Below are positions 11,370-24,190 of a DNA stretch of 64,000 nucleotides, in pieces. The notes below the pieces were generated by a model, which saw nothing but the letters and a program-made list of their open reading frames with translations, was not told the origin of the DNA and did not search any database. Made by a program: the position numbers and the translations under genes. Positions within the stretch are counted from its first letter, which is position 1. The number at the start of each line of letters is the position of its first letter. The stretch comes from Candidatus Atelocyanobacterium thalassae (GTDB taxonomy: Bacteria > Cyanobacteriota > Cyanobacteriia > Cyanobacteriales > Microcystaceae), in NCBI GenBank assembly GCA_051971635.1, contig JBFPLN010000003.1:352001-416000 (forward strand), written 5' to 3'.

Positions 11370-12098
11370 ATGAGTCTTTTAGATACTAGACGTAAAAAAC
11401 AACTACAAATTTGTATACAAAAGCTAGGATTATCCAATACAGAAAAGATTAACTGGGAAATACTTGACTTAGCATTAACTCATCCCACAATCTCTAAAAA
11501 AGATAATTATCAGCAGCTCGAATTTGTAGGAGATTCGGTCATAAGATTAATAGCGGCAGAAATATTATTCGAAAATTATCCTCATGAACTTGTAGGAGAA
11601 TTTGCTGCTATAAGATCTATACTTGTTAGCGACAAAACATTAGCAGAATTTGCTGAACAATATGGATTAGAACGTTATCTTCTCATGGCAGAAAGTGTTG
11701 CTCAGGATAAGATAGGGAGAGTGTCTTGGTTAGCAGATACCTTTGAAGCATTACTAGGGGCGTTGTATCTTAATAGAAGAAATATGACTTTAATACGTCC
11801 CTGGTTGGATCCATTAATTATTAAAAAGGCAGCTGAAATTAAAGCTGACCCTGCACGTCAGAACTATAAGGATGCGTTACAAGAATGGAGCCAAAGCCAA
11901 TATAAATTATTGCCAAAATACCAAGTTGTCCAATATGAGGGCAACAAAGATCATCATCAGAGATTTTTTGCGGAAGTCTGGATAAAAAATGATAATTTAG
12001 GTTCTGGATATGGTTGCTCAAAGAAAGTAGCAGAACAAGCTGCTGCTAAAAATGCTTTTTTCTCTTTTATTCATAAAAAAATTATAAATAGTAACTAG
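11370..12098 (+). CDS. rnc: Ribonuclease III family protein
   Basis: ALTHP, QQLEFVGDS signature, LADTFEALLGALY, and a C-terminal dsRBD (NYKDALQEW, SKKVAEQAAA). Confidence 0.9.
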   Translation: MSLLDTRRKKQLQICIQKLGLSNTEKINWEILDLALTHPTISKKDNYQQLEFVGDSVIRLIAAEILFENYPHELVGEFAAIRSILVSDKTLAEFAEQYGLERYLLMAESVAQDKIGRVSWLADTFEALLGALYLNRRNMTLIRPWLDPLIIKKAAEIKADPARQNYKDALQEWSQSQYKLLPKYQVVQYEGNKDHHQRFFAEVWIKNDNLGSGYGCSKKVAEQAAAKNAFFSFIHKKIINSN

Positions 12099-12440
12099 TA
12101 TGTAAAAATATTGATATTAGTGGAATGCCAAAGTTATTTCTAATAATTAATATTTTTCTATTTCAATGATAATTTTTTATAGAATAATTTTAAGTAATTG
12201 TTTTGATTTAAATTGATTTCAATATTTAAATTATAACTAAATAAGATTTATTAAATACCGTTAAAGTTATTGATAGTATATTGTTGGTTTAACTCTTGTC
12301 TAAAAGGAAATAAGCTTATCAAATAATTTCTTAAGCTATTTTTTGAATTAGTTTAGTAAGACCATACCGGAATCAAACAATTTACTTTTAGATTTTTAAA
12401 ATATTTGTATGGATTAGCTTAATACATTAATAAAATAGGC

Positions 12441-15400
12441 ATGGATAGCAATATGAATTTTAAGAGCAAACCTAATACAACTTACATGGGTCCTCCTTCT
12501 ATTGTTGAAAGTAGAGATTCCTGCGGGGTAGGGTTCATTGTAGATATTGCTGAGCAAGGCTCTCATCAACTGATTCGAAAAGCTTTAACTGCACTGGAAC
12601 GTATGGAGCATAGAGGTGGTTGCAGTGCAGACAATGATTCAGGTGATGGTGCAGGAATCATGGCAGAAATTCCTTATGCCTTATTAAAATCTTGGTTTGT
12701 CGAAAATAGAATTATCATGCCTCCCAAAGAAGAATTGGGAGTAGGTATGGTTTTCTTGCCACAAGATCCTTATCAGCAAAAAATTAAACGCTTACACATT
12801 AATACTGTAGTTAAGGCTTCTGGTTTAAATATTTTAGGATGGCGTAAAGTTCCCGTTAATATCTCTGTACTAGGTACCCAAGCTAAAAAAAATAGACCTC
12901 ATATCGAGCAAATAATGGTTACATCTTTTGAAAAATTATCAGGAGATGTATTGGATAAAAAGTTATATATTGCACGTTCATATCTAGGAAAATTATTAGC
13001 AGATGATTTTTATATTTGTTCTTTTAGTTGCCGTACTATTGTATACAAAGGAATGGTACGTAGTTCAGTTCTTGGAAAGTTTTATAAAGATCTAGAAAAT
13101 TCACGTTTTACTAGCCAATTTGCTATATACCATAGACGTTTTAGCACAAATACTATGCCTAAATGGCCTTTAGCACAGCCAATGCGTTTATTGGGACATA
13201 ATGGTGAAATTAATACTTTAACTGGAAATATTAATTCAATATCTGCTAGAGAAAAAACTCTTAAAATAGAAAACTGGACAACTGAGGAATTACGTGCCTT
13301 AGCTCCTATCGTTAATATCGCAAATAGTGATTCCTACAATTTAGATAGTATTCTTGAATTATTGATAAGAAGTGGTCATGGTCTACTTCAATCAATGATG
13401 ATTTTGGTCCCAGAAGCTTATCAAAACCAACCTGATTTAAAGGACTATCCACAAATTATAGATTTTTATGAATATTACAGTGGTTTGCAGGAACCTTGGG
13501 ACGGTCCAGCACTTTTAGTTTTTAGTGATGGAAAAACTGTAGGAACTTGTTTAGATCGCAATGGTTTACGACCGGCAAGATACTCCATAACTGATAATTA
13601 TATTGTTGTTAGTTCAGAGACTGGTGTAGTCGATCTACCAGAAACAAGCTTTATTGAGAAAGGTAAACTTGGTCCTGGACAAAGCATAGCAGTAGATTTA
13701 AAAACGAAAAAAATATTAAAAAATTGGGAAATTAAACAACGTGTAGCTCGAGAGAAACCTTACGGAGAATGGTTAAGAAAACATCGTAAGGAAATTATAC
13801 CTCAAAATTTTTCTAATACTTTATTAATAAAAGATTCCGAACAACTATTAAATCAACAGACAGCTTTCGGTTATACCGCTGAAGATGTTGACATGGTTGT
13901 TATCCCTATGGCAATTCAGGGTAAAGAACCAGTTTTTTGCATGGGAGATGATATTCCTTTATCAGTATTATCTAACAAATACCACTTACTCTATGATTAT
14001 TTTAAACAAAGATTTGCTCAAGTAACTAATCCTCCTATAGATTCTTTAAGAGAAAATTTAGTTATGTCTCTAGAGATGTTGTTAGGCAAAAAGGGCAATC
14101 TTATAGGAGCTAGAGACATAGATGCCAAGCTTTTAAAGCTAAAAACTCCTATTTTAAATGAGGTAGAATTAAATCAAATTAGACACTCAAGTTTCAATAT
14201 AAGCGAATTATCTACACTATTTAATATTACGCTAGGTCCAAATAGTCTAAAACTTGCGTTGGACAACTTATGTAAAAAAGCAGCTCAAGTAGTGAGAGAG
14301 GGAGCTGCAATTATTATTTTGAGTGACCGTTGTTCTAAAACTATTAACATTAGTGAAGATATCAGCTATATTCCACCTTTATTAGTAGTGGGAAGTATTC
14401 ATCATCATTTAATTAAACAAGGATTACGTTCAAAAACATCTTTAATTATCGACACAGGACAGTGTTGGAGTACCCATCATTATGCATGTCTGTTTGGCTA
14501 TGGAGCCTCAGCCGTATGTCCATACCTTACGCTAGAAACAATACGACAATGGTGGCAGGCTCCTAAGACTCAGAAGCTAATCAATAATAACAAAATAAAT
14601 ATTACTGGACTTCAAGAAGCATTAAAAAATTATCGTCATGCTGTAGAAGTAGGATTACTAAAAGTTCTTTCTAAAATGGGAGTTTCTTTATTATCTTCTT
14701 ACCATGGGGCTCAAATTTTTGAGGCTATAGGTCTAAACTTAGATATCATTGATACGGCTTTCAAGGGAACAAGTAGTCGTATCGGTGGACTAAACTTTAT
14801 AGAGCTAGCTCAGGAAACAATTAAAATTCATAGCCAAGCTTTTCCAGAACTAACTGACAAAAAACTCAGAAATTTTGGTTTTATTAAATACCGCTCAGAT
14901 GGAGAATATCACACGAATTCTCCAGAAATGGCGAAGATTCTTCATAAAGCTGTTAATAACTATAGCCGAAAAGATAACAAGTCAAACAAAGAAGCTTACA
15001 ACTACTATGAAACATATCAAAAATATCTTAAAAAACGTCCTGTAACAACCTTAAGAGATCTCCTCGAGTTTAATAGTGATCGTTCTCCTATAGCAATTAC
15101 TGAAGTTGAGCCTGTAGAAAATATAGTAAAACGATTTTGTACAGGAGGTATGTCTTTAGGAGCATTATCAAGAGAGGCTCATGAAACTCTTGCAATTGCG
15201 ATGAATCGTCTGGGAAGTAAGTCAAATTCAGGAGAAGGAGGGGAAGATCCTATTCGATTTACTACTTTGTCTGATGTAGATGAAAATGGATATTCTCCAA
15301 CATTTCCTCACTTGAAAGGTCTATTTAATGGTGATACTGCGAGCTCAGCAATTAAACAAATTTCATCTGGAAGATTTGGAGTTACACCAGAATACTTGAT

Positions 15401-17072
15401 GAACGCTCAGCAATTAGAAATTAAAATGGCTCAAGGAGCAAAACCAGGAGAAGGTGGACAATTACCGGGGGAAAAAGCTAGTTCTTATATTGCTATGTTA
15501 AGAGGCTCAAAGCCTGGTGTTACCCTCATTTCTCCACCTCCTCATCATGATATATACTCTATTGAAGACCTAGCTCAATTAATCTTTGATCTTCATCAAG
15601 TTAATCCTAAAGCAAAAGTTTCCGTTAAGCTTGTAACAGAAATTGGTATCGGAACTATAGCAGCAGGAGTAGCAAAAGCTGATGCTGATATAATACAAAT
15701 TTCTGGACATGATGGAGGTACAGGAGCATCACCTTTAAGTTCTATTAAACATGCGGGATGCCCATGGGAGCTTGGAGTTACTGAAGTTCATCGAACGTTG
15801 ATAGAAAATCAACTTCGTAATCGGGTCGTTTTGCGTACTGATGGTGGCCTAAAAACAGGTTGGGATGTTGTAATAGCAGGAATGATGGGAGCTGAGCAAT
15901 TTGGCTTTGGTTCTATTGCTATGATTGCTGAAGGATGTATTATGGCACGTATATGTCATACCAATAATTGTCCTGTTGGAGTCGCTACACAACAAGAGAA
16001 ATTACGAAAAAGATTTAACGGAATTCCTGCAAATGTTGTTAATTTCTTTTATTTTATTGCTGAGGAAATTCGTGTTATTTTAGCTGAAATAGGTTATGAA
16101 TCACTAGAAGAAATCATTGGACGTTCTGATCTTTTGACAACACGTCATGATACTCGCTTAAGTAAAACTCAATCAATTGATTTAAAATGTATTCTTAATC
16201 TTCCCGACGTAAAAGAAAATCGTACTTGGCTTGATCATAAAAAATATTACAGAAAAAGCTTAACGTTAGATAATCAACTGCTTGAAGATCCTGAAATTAT
16301 ATTTGCTATCGATAATCACAAAACTATTGTTAAAAATCTTAGTATTTCTAATATTGATCGCACTGCTGGTGGCCGAATAGCGGGAACATTAGCTAGAAAA
16401 TATGGGAATAATGGATTTTCTGGAAAATTAGAACTTAAGTTTAAAGGATCAGCAGGACAAAGTTTTGCTGCTTTTAATTTGTCTGGCATGTTTATGTATT
16501 TAGAAGGGGAGGCTAATGACTATGTTGGCAAAAGCATGAATGGTGGAGAAATTGTAATAATTCCCAACAAAAAATCAAAATTTAAAGCGGAAGATAATAT
16601 TATTATTGGGAATACCTGTCTTTATGGTGCTACTGGAGGAACTTTATCGGTAAACGGTCGTGCAGGGGAAAGATTTGGAGTTCGCAACTCTATGGGGAAA
16701 GCAATTATAGAAGGTGCTGGAGATCATTGTTGTGAGTATATGACAGGTGGCGTAATAGTAGTATTAGGTACAGTTGGTCGCAACGTTGGAGCAGGTATGA
16801 CTGGTGGCCTTGGTTACTTCCTAGATGAAAGTGATAATTTTCCTGAAAAGATTAATTTTGATAGTGTAAACATACAAAGAATTTGTACTCATGAAGGAAA
16901 GACACAGTTAAAAAATTTAATTCAGTTCCACTTTGATAGAACAAACAGTAAAAAAGCTAAACATATTCTTGATAATTGGGAAATTTATGTGTATCAGTTT
17001 TGGCAAGTTTTTCCACCTTCCGAATCTAACATTCCCGAAACCAATCAAAATTTATCTAATTTCTGTACTTAA
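12441..17072 (+). CDS. glsF: Ferredoxin-dependent glutamate synthase (Fd-GOGAT)
   Basis: 1543 aa; [44 protein letters not shown] [3Fe-4S] motif and GXGXG C-terminal domain. Confidence 0.96.
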   Translation: MDSNMNFKSKPNTTYMGPPSIVESRDSCGVGFIVDIAEQGSHQLIRKALTALERMEHRGGCSADNDSGDGAGIMAEIPYALLKSWFVENRIIMPPKEELGVGMVFLPQDPYQQKIKRLHINTVVKASGLNILGWRKVPVNISVLGTQAKKNRPHIEQIMVTSFEKLSGDVLDKKLYIARSYLGKLLADDFYICSFSCRTIVYKGMVRSSVLGKFYKDLENSRFTSQFAIYHRRFSTNTMPKWPLAQPMRLLGHNGEINTLTGNINSISAREKTLKIENWTTEELRALAPIVNIANSDSYNLDSILELLIRSGHGLLQSMMILVPEAYQNQPDLKDYPQIIDFYEYYSGLQEPWDGPALLVFSDGKTVGTCLDRNGLRPARYSITDNYIVVSSETGVVDLPETSFIEKGKLGPGQSIAVDLKTKKILKNWEIKQRVAREKPYGEWLRKHRKEIIPQNFSNTLLIKDSEQLLNQQTAFGYTAEDVDMVVIPMAIQGKEPVFCMGDDIPLSVLSNKYHLLYDYFKQRFAQVTNPPIDSLRENLVMSLEMLLGKKGNLIGARDIDAKLLKLKTPILNEVELNQIRHSSFNISELSTLFNITLGPNSLKLALDNLCKKAAQVVREGAAIIILSDRCSKTINISEDISYIPPLLVVGSIHHHLIKQGLRSKTSLIIDTGQCWSTHHYACLFGYGASAVCPYLTLETIRQWWQAPKTQKLINNNKINITGLQEALKNYRHAVEVGLLKVLSKMGVSLLSSYHGAQIFEAIGLNLDIIDTAFKGTSSRIGGLNFIELAQETIKIHSQAFPELTDKKLRNFGFIKYRSDGEYHTNSPEMAKILHKAVNNYSRKDNKSNKEAYNYYETYQKYLKKRPVTTLRDLLEFNSDRSPIAITEVEPVENIVKRFCTGGMSLGALSREAHETLAIAMNRLGSKSNSGEGGEDPIRFTTLSDVDENGYSPTFPHLKGLFNGDTASSAIKQISSGRFGVTPEYLMNAQQLEIKMAQGAKPGEGGQLPGEKASSYIAMLRGSKPGVTLISPPPHHDIYSIEDLAQLIFDLHQVNPKAKVSVKLVTEIGIGTIAAGVAKADADIIQISGHDGGTGASPLSSIKHAGCPWELGVTEVHRTLIENQLRNRVVLRTDGGLKTGWDVVIAGMMGAEQFGFGSIAMIAEGCIMARICHTNNCPVGVATQQEKLRKRFNGIPANVVNFFYFIAEEIRVILAEIGYESLEEIIGRSDLLTTRHDTRLSKTQSIDLKCILNLPDVKENRTWLDHKKYYRKSLTLDNQLLEDPEIIFAIDNHKTIVKNLSISNIDRTAGGRIAGTLARKYGNNGFSGKLELKFKGSAGQSFAAFNLSGMFMYLEGEANDYVGKSMNGGEIVIIPNKKSKFKAEDNIIIGNTCLYGATGGTLSVNGRAGERFGVRNSMGKAIIEGAGDHCCEYMTGGVIVVLGTVGRNVGAGMTGGLGYFLDESDNFPEKINFDSVNIQRICTHEGKTQLKNLIQFHFDRTNSKKAKHILDNWEIYVYQFWQVFPPSESNIPETNQNLSNFCT

Positions 17073-17477
17073 AATTTTATTAACAAATAAATTATTAAGC
17101 TGGAAAATTATAATTTATAAGGAATAAGATCACATAAGCTGAAATATGTGTAATTTAAAAAATGTATGATAAAAATGTTGCGTTTTTTAACATTCTCGAG
17201 TAAATAATTTTTATACGATATAATTCAAGGAATAACTAATAAAGTAACTATCGTTCAAATACAGATATTAAAATCTTATATAGTTAAATAAATAAAAGCT
17301 TAATATCTTTTTATATATAGCTTACTGGATAAGTAAACTATATGTGGCAGTACATGAACAAACCTTATCTTATAATCTAAAGTATAGATACGTTACCACA
17401 TTTCAAAAATATGATGCTAGTCAAATATTTGACTTTCATAAATGAAATTTTTATAAAAACCAGGAGTTGTGCTACAT

Positions 17478-20400
17478 ATGTTCACCCACGTTAAGTCAAC
17501 CATTCGTCATATTATTCCAGAGACAGTCAATGGTCGTTCTTTGCTAAAGGTAGTCTATGTTGTATTAGAACCACAGTATCAAAGTTCCCTCTCTGCAGCA
17601 GTTAGAAACATTAATAGTAGCAATTCTAAAATAGCAATTGAAGTAAGTGGATATCTAATAGAAGAACTTCGAGATCCGGAAAATTATAAACAGTTTCAAC
17701 AAGATGTAGAACAAGCAAACTTGTTCATTGCTTCCTTGATTTTTATTGAAGATTTGGCCGATAAGGTTGTTGAAACTGTTTTACCTTTCCGTGAGAAATT
17801 AGATGCTATAATAATTTTTCCATCAATGCCACAAGTGATGCGTTTGAATAAATTGGGAAGCTTCTCAATGAGTCAGTTGGGTCAATCTAAAAGTATGGTT
17901 TCCCAATTTATGCGTAAACGACAGCAGAATTCTGGAACAGGTTTTCAAGATGCAATGCTAAAGTTATTACGTACACTGCCTCAGGTTTTAAAATATCTTC
18001 CGGTAGAAAAGGCACAAGACGCTCGAAACTTTATGTTAAGTTTCCAATATTGGTTAGGCGGTTCTTCAGAAAATTTAGAGAACTTTCTACTCATGTTAGC
18101 TCATAAATACTCTTTTCCTGACCTATTTAAAAATGAAGTAATTAGTTATAAAGAACCCATTGTTTATCCTGATATAGGAATCTGGCATCCCTTATCATTG
18201 AAAATGTTTGAAGATATTACATCTTATTTAGAATGGTATAATGCGCGTACAGATATTTCAGACGATCTAAAAAAATCTACAACACCATGTATAGGATTAG
18301 TACTCCAAAGAACTCATTTAGTAACAAAAGATGATGCTCATTACGTTGCGATGGTTCAAGAATTAGAGTCAATGGGAGTAAGAGTTATTCCTGTATTTGC
18401 AGGCGGTTTAGATTTTTCTAAACCTATCGAAGCATATTTTTGGAATAATTCTACTACTAATAACAATAGCGCGAGAACTCCTATAATAGATACCATCGTT
18501 TCTTTAACAGGATTTGCCTTAGTAGGTGGACCGGCAAGACAAGATCATCCAAAAGCAATAGATGCATTAAAATCTTTAAATTGCCCTTATATGTGCGTAT
18601 TACCATTAGTATTTCAAACTACTGAAGAATGGGAGGATAGTGATTTAGGATTACATCCAATTCAAGTTGCATTACAAATAGCTATACCTGAACTAGATGG
18701 TGCTATCGAACCTATAATATTATCAGGAAGAGATGGTAATACCGGACGATCAATAGCGCTTCAAGATCGTATTGAAACAATTGCACAAAGAGCTGCAAAA
18801 TGGGCTAGTTTAAGAAAAAAAGCAAGGATAGATAAAAAAATAGCTATCACTATTTTTAGTTTTCCACCTGATAAAGGCAATATTGGATCAGCAGCATATT
18901 TAGATGTATTTAGTTCTATTTACGAAGTAATAAAAGCGCTAAAGGATAAAGGGTATAACTTATCAGAGCTACCAGATTCACCAAAAGCTTTAATGGATAG
19001 TATCATCCAAGATGCTCAAGCTCAATATGCTTCTCCTGAACTAAATGTAGCTTATCGAATGTCTGTTGAAGAATATGAAAAATTAACTCCATACTCTACA
19101 CGTTTAGAAGAAAATTGGGGAACTCCTCCTGGAAATCTTAATAGTGACGGTCAAAATTTAGTTATATATGGTAAGCATTTTGGGAATGTTTTTATCGGTG
19201 TGCAACCAACTTTTGGGTATGAAGGAGATCCTATGCGTTTATTATTCTCAAGGTCTGCTAGTCCTCATCATGGATTTGCTGCATACTACACATATTTAAA
19301 CCAAGTTTGGCAAGCAGATGCAGTATTACATTTTGGTACTCATGGATCTTTAGAATTTATGCCAGGAAAACAAATGGGAATGTCAGGTGATTGTTACCCT
19401 GATACTCTAATTGGGAATATTCCTAATTTATATTACTATGCAGCTAATAATCCATCAGAGGCTACTATTGCAAAACGTCGTAGTTATGCAGAAACTATTT
19501 CATACCTAACTCCCCCGGCTGAAAATGCAGGACTCTATAAAGGATTAAAAGAATTAAATGAGTTAATAGGATCATATCAAACTTTAAAAGATAGCAGTCG
19601 CGGAATCCAGATAGTTAATACAGTCATGGATCAATGTCGATTAGTGAATTTAGATAAAGATATTCAGTTACCTGAGATTGACGCAAAAGAAATGACTGCA
19701 GAAGAGAAAAACAATATTATTGGTATTGTTTACAGTAAACTCATGGAAATTGAGTCTCGTCTGTTGCCATGTGGTCTACATGTTATTGGTAAAGCTCCAA
19801 CAGGGGAAGAAGTAGTTGCAACGCTAGTAAATATTGCATCACTAGACAGAGAAGAAGAAGAAATAATATGTTTACCGCGCCTCATCGCTGAAAGTATAGG
19901 ACGGGATATTAAAGATATATATTACAACAATGATATTGGTAAACTAGAAGACGTTGAATTATTACAAAAGATTGTGTTAGCAACTAGAGAAGCTATAACT
20001 TCGATGGTTAAAGCAAGCATGAATGAAGAAGGTAGAGTAAATTTCATATCAAAAATAGATATTTTAAAAATTACTCAAAAATCTCCTTGGGCAAGTACTC
20101 TAGAAAAACTAGGATATTCCAAAATTAATAAAAGTTCTTTAAGGTTACTTTTTGAATATCTTCAATCTTGTCTAGAAAAAATTTGCACAAGTCATGAATT
20201 AGATGCACTACTAAAAGGATTAGAAGGAGAATATGTTTTACCTGGACCAGGTGGTGATATTGTTCGTAATCCTGACGTTTTACCAACAGGTAAAAATATT
20301 CATGCATTAGACCCTCAATCTATTCCAACATTAGCTGCAGTAAAGTCTGCCAAAATAGTAGTAGATTCTCTTCTTAAACGTCAAAAAATTGATAATGGAG

Positions 20401-21476
20401 ATAAATATCCAGAAACTATTGCATGTGTTCTTTGGGGTACTGATAATATTAAAACATACGGAGAATCTTTAGCTCAAATTATGTGGATGGTAGGAGTTAA
20501 ACCTCTTCCAGATTCTCTAGGAAGAATTAATAAATTAGAACTAATACCTCTTGAGGATTTGGGAAGACCTCGTATTGATGTTGTTGTAAATTGTTCTGGT
20601 GTATTTCGTGATCTTTTTATTAACCAAATGAACTTATTGGATCAGGCCGTAAAAATGGCAGCAGAAGCGGATGAGCCTTTAGATATGAACTATGTACGTA
20701 AGCATGCGTTACAACAAGCTTCAGAAATGGATATTAATGTTAGAGAAGCTGCAACTCGTATCTTTTCTAATGCGTCTGGTTCTTATTCTTCTAATGTTAA
20801 TTTAGCAGTAGAAAACAGTAGTTGGGAAAAGGAAGAAGAGTTACAGAATATGTATTTAAATAGAAAAAGTTTTTCTTTTGATTCAAGTAATCCTGGTGTT
20901 ATGAAAGATAATAGAAAAATATTCGAATCTGCTCTAAAGACAGCTAGTGCAACTTTCCAAAATTTAGACTCCTCGGAAGTTAGTTTGACAGATGTTTCCC
21001 ATTATTTTGATTCTGATCCAACAAAAATTGTAGCTAGTTTAAGAGAGGATGGGCAAGAGCCTGCAGCTTATATAGCTGATACAACGACTGCTAATGCACA
21101 AGTACGTACTTTATCTGAAACTATTCGACTAGATACACGTACTAAGTTATTAAATCCAAAGTGGTATGAAGGGATGTTATCTCATGGCTATGAGGGTGTT
21201 AGAGAAATTTCGAAACGTTTAGTAAACACTATGGGATGGTCTGCGACTGCTAATGCAGTCGATAACTGGGTATATGAAGATGCAAATACTACATTTATTG
21301 AAGATGAAGAAATGTGTAAACGTTTAATGGATCTAAACCCTAATTCTTTTCGTAAGATGGTTAGTACCTTATTAGAAGTTAATGGTAGAGGCTATTGGGA
21401 AACATCTGACAGTAATTTGGAACGATTACAAGAGCTTTATCAACAAGTTGAAGATAAAATTGAAGGGGTAGACTAA
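17478..21476 (+). CDS. chlH: Magnesium chelatase subunit H
   Basis: MFTHVK start, [39 protein letters not shown] and [11 protein letters not shown]; uninterrupted frame. Confidence 0.97.
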   Translation: MFTHVKSTIRHIIPETVNGRSLLKVVYVVLEPQYQSSLSAAVRNINSSNSKIAIEVSGYLIEELRDPENYKQFQQDVEQANLFIASLIFIEDLADKVVETVLPFREKLDAIIIFPSMPQVMRLNKLGSFSMSQLGQSKSMVSQFMRKRQQNSGTGFQDAMLKLLRTLPQVLKYLPVEKAQDARNFMLSFQYWLGGSSENLENFLLMLAHKYSFPDLFKNEVISYKEPIVYPDIGIWHPLSLKMFEDITSYLEWYNARTDISDDLKKSTTPCIGLVLQRTHLVTKDDAHYVAMVQELESMGVRVIPVFAGGLDFSKPIEAYFWNNSTTNNNSARTPIIDTIVSLTGFALVGGPARQDHPKAIDALKSLNCPYMCVLPLVFQTTEEWEDSDLGLHPIQVALQIAIPELDGAIEPIILSGRDGNTGRSIALQDRIETIAQRAAKWASLRKKARIDKKIAITIFSFPPDKGNIGSAAYLDVFSSIYEVIKALKDKGYNLSELPDSPKALMDSIIQDAQAQYASPELNVAYRMSVEEYEKLTPYSTRLEENWGTPPGNLNSDGQNLVIYGKHFGNVFIGVQPTFGYEGDPMRLLFSRSASPHHGFAAYYTYLNQVWQADAVLHFGTHGSLEFMPGKQMGMSGDCYPDTLIGNIPNLYYYAANNPSEATIAKRRSYAETISYLTPPAENAGLYKGLKELNELIGSYQTLKDSSRGIQIVNTVMDQCRLVNLDKDIQLPEIDAKEMTAEEKNNIIGIVYSKLMEIESRLLPCGLHVIGKAPTGEEVVATLVNIASLDREEEEIICLPRLIAESIGRDIKDIYYNNDIGKLEDVELLQKIVLATREAITSMVKASMNEEGRVNFISKIDILKITQKSPWASTLEKLGYSKINKSSLRLLFEYLQSCLEKICTSHELDALLKGLEGEYVLPGPGGDIVRNPDVLPTGKNIHALDPQSIPTLAAVKSAKIVVDSLLKRQKIDNGDKYPETIACVLWGTDNIKTYGESLAQIMWMVGVKPLPDSLGRINKLELIPLEDLGRPRIDVVVNCSGVFRDLFINQMNLLDQAVKMAAEADEPLDMNYVRKHALQQASEMDINVREAATRIFSNASGSYSSNVNLAVENSSWEKEEELQNMYLNRKSFSFDSSNPGVMKDNRKIFESALKTASATFQNLDSSEVSLTDVSHYFDSDPTKIVASLREDGQEPAAYIADTTTANAQVRTLSETIRLDTRTKLLNPKWYEGMLSHGYEGVREISKRLVNTMGWSATANAVDNWVYEDANTTFIEDEEMCKRLMDLNPNSFRKMVSTLLEVNGRGYWETSDSNLERLQELYQQVEDKIEGVD

Positions 21477-21668
21477 AAAACCTAGTTTTTATCTTAATTC
21501 TATGGTTAGGGACAAAACTAAGCATATTTACATATATGTACGGTTAGATTTGAATTGTTATTAATATACTTAAAAATTTTAATAACTTCTTATCTACCGA
21601 TATATTCTATTATTAATTGTGGAGAATGAAATATTCTCTATTAGTAATAAGTTTGTGTAGTAGTCTTT

Positions 21669-23249
21669 ATGAATAAACAAGAACTGTGGCAACGTTATCA
21701 AAACTGGCTGTACTATCATAGTGGATTAGGAATATATCTTGATATCAGTCGAATGAGATTCAGTCAAGATTTTGTTGATCAACTTAGTCCAAAGTTCAAT
21801 AAAGCTTTTCAAGATATGGAGTCTTTAGAAAGTGGAAAGATTTCTAATCCTGACGAAAAGAGAATGGTTGGACATTATTGGTTAAGAGCTCCAGAATTAG
21901 CTCCTAATGATGCAATAAGAAAAGAAATTACTGAACCTCTGATTAAAATTAAACAATTTGTTGAGAAAATTCATCAAGGTACTATCAAACCACCATCATC
22001 TAGTAAGTTTACTGATGTGCTTTGTGTCGGTATTGGAGGCTCAGCCTTAGGACCTCAATTTGTATCAGAGGCACTATCTTCTCATAGGCCTTCTATGTCT
22101 ATTCATTTCATTGATAATACAGATCCAGAGGGAATAGAAAAAACCATTCATAAAATTGGTGAACGTCTTAAAAGTACTTTGGTAATTGTTACTACTAAGT
22201 CCGGAAAAACACCTGAAACTCGAAATGGGATGTTAGAAGTTGAACAAGCTTATAAGATGCAAGGTCTGAAATTTGAATCTCATGCTGTCGCAGTTACTAT
22301 GCCAGGTAGTTTAATGGATCAGTTAGCGAGTGAATGGCTTGAAAGATTTCCTATGCAAGATTGGGTGGGCGGAAGAACATCTGAATTATCTGCTGTTGGT
22401 TTATTGCCTGCTGCTTTACAAGGCATTGACATTGATGAAATGTTAATTGGAGCTAAAGAAATGGATGAAGCCACTAGAGTCAAATCGTTAAAGGACAATC
22501 CTTCTGCATTATTAGCTCTGGCCTGGTACTATTCTGGAAATGGTAAAGGAGAAAAAGATATGGTCGTCCTTCCATACAAAGATAGCCTACTTCTTTTCAG
22601 TCGTTACTTACAACAACTAGTTATGGAATCTTTAGGTAAAGAAAAAGATCTTGATGGAAATATAGTTCATCAAGGTATTGCTGTATATGGCAACAAAGGA
22701 TCAACAGATCAACATGCTTATGTTCAGCAGCTTCGGGATGGAGTTTCTAATTTTTTTGCTACTTTTATTGAGGTACTTGAGGATGGGCAGAATAGCCCAT
22801 TAGAGTTAGAACCTGGGGTAACATCAGGTGACTATTTATCTATTTTCTTACAAGGAACTAGGCAAGCATTATATGAAAATGGAAGAGATTCCATTACAAT
22901 CACCATACCTCAAGTAAAGCCTCGTACAATAGGAGCTTTAATTGCTATGTATGAGAGAACAATTAGCTTTTATGCTTCCTTAGTCAATATTAATGCTTAC
23001 CATCAACCTGGAGTAGAGGCAGGTAAACAAATGGCTGCTTCAATATTAGATTTACAAACTAAAGTACAAACAATAATCAAGCAAACAACTGGAAAGATAA
23101 ATGTTGAGACTTTAGCATTACAAACAGGACATCCTGACGAAATAGAAGCAGTTTATAAAATTGTTCGCCATCTTGCGGCAAATAATCGTAATATTGTTTT
23201 AGAAGGAGACTTGTCTAATTTATTAAGTTTAGAGGTTTCAGCGATTTAG
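21669..23249 (+). CDS. pgi: Glucose-6-phosphate isomerase
   Basis: [41 protein letters not shown]. Confidence 0.97.
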   Translation: MNKQELWQRYQNWLYYHSGLGIYLDISRMRFSQDFVDQLSPKFNKAFQDMESLESGKISNPDEKRMVGHYWLRAPELAPNDAIRKEITEPLIKIKQFVEKIHQGTIKPPSSSKFTDVLCVGIGGSALGPQFVSEALSSHRPSMSIHFIDNTDPEGIEKTIHKIGERLKSTLVIVTTKSGKTPETRNGMLEVEQAYKMQGLKFESHAVAVTMPGSLMDQLASEWLERFPMQDWVGGRTSELSAVGLLPAALQGIDIDEMLIGAKEMDEATRVKSLKDNPSALLALAWYYSGNGKGEKDMVVLPYKDSLLLFSRYLQQLVMESLGKEKDLDGNIVHQGIAVYGNKGSTDQHAYVQQLRDGVSNFFATFIEVLEDGQNSPLELEPGVTSGDYLSIFLQGTRQALYENGRDSITITIPQVKPRTIGALIAMYERTISFYASLVNINAYHQPGVEAGKQMAASILDLQTKVQTIIKQTTGKINVETLALQTGHPDEIEAVYKIVRHLAANNRNIVLEGDLSNLLSLEVSAI

Positions 23250-23286
23250 CTATTTTGGTGGGCATAGCCCACCAAAACAGCTAAAT
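23244..23286. terminator. Bidirectional terminator-like hairpin between convergent pgi and lpxC
   Basis: ATTTAGCTATTTTGGTGGGC-ATA-GCCCACCAAAACAGCTAAAT; 20-bp arms with 1 mismatch, overlapping the pgi TAG. Confidence 0.75.
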
Positions 23287-23346
23287 TACTTTGAATACCC
23301 AGCCTCATACTTACGTTGTATGTCTAATATATTTTTAATTATATTA

Positions 23347-24165
23347 CTAGCTAATTTGAGCTATCTTCCGTGCTAATTCAACATGGAGCTTATGACTAGC
23401 TTTATAGGCTATAAAATGAGCCCTAGGTATAAACCCTAATAAGCTCAAATCTCCTAATAGGTCTAAAAGTTTATGCCGCACGGGTTCATCCTTAAATCTT
23501 AGAGGGGGATTCATCCAATCTCTATGATTACAGATTAATGCATTTTCAAAACTCCCTCCCTTAATTAGCCCAGATTGTCTCAAATTATCAATTTGATCTA
23601 TAAAACCAAACGTTCTTGCAGGGGCAATAAAATCTATAAAAGGTTCTTCTTTAGGATTCCAACTAGCCCACTGATTTCCAATAACCCTATAATCAAAGTT
23701 AATTCCATAAGTAAAACATATTTGTGGTGAGGGAATCGCTGCAACAAAAGCATCTTTATCTTGTACCCAAATTGGTTCTATAAGAGGTTCACCTTCTTGT
23801 ATTCCTGAACAAGTAAAATCCGAGGCGATAAAAGCATTTACCCATTTTTTTGCTGAACCATCTAATAAAGGAACTTCCGGTCCATTAATTTCTATACGAG
23901 CATTTTTAATTCCACATCCAGTTAGTGCTGCTAGTAGATGCTCTACTGTCCGAACAGTAATATTTTTATCGGACAACTCCGTTGATAATACAGTTTGACT
24001 TACCTTAGATACTTGAGCAGGAATAACTGGGTTATTAAAAAGATCTACTCTAACGAAATGATGTCCTTCATTATAGTAGTTAGGTATTATTTTTACCTGA
24101 GTTTTTTTTCCAGAATGTAGGCCAATACCTGATATCTCAAACTTTACGTTCATACTTAGCTTCAT
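23347..24165 (-). CDS. lpxC: UDP-3-O-acyl-GlcNAc deacetylase
   Basis: [44 protein letters not shown] and ASHKLH. Confidence 0.96.
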   Translation of the reverse strand: MKLSMNVKFEISGIGLHSGKKTQVKIIPNYYNEGHHFVRVDLFNNPVIPAQVSKVSQTVLSTELSDKNITVRTVEHLLAALTGCGIKNARIEINGPEVPLLDGSAKKWVNAFIASDFTCSGIQEGEPLIEPIWVQDKDAFVAAIPSPQICFTYGINFDYRVIGNQWASWNPKEEPFIDFIAPARTFGFIDQIDNLRQSGLIKGGSFENALICNHRDWMNPPLRFKDEPVRHKLLDLLGDLSLLGFIPRAHFIAYKASHKLHVELARKIAQIS

Positions 24166-24190
24166 AATAAATAGTAACTATCTATATTAA

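Noticed and set aside
12340..12440. NtcA box upstream of glutamate synthase
   Set aside because: The nearest match, GTAAGACCATAC, has N6 spacing rather than GTA-N8-TAC.
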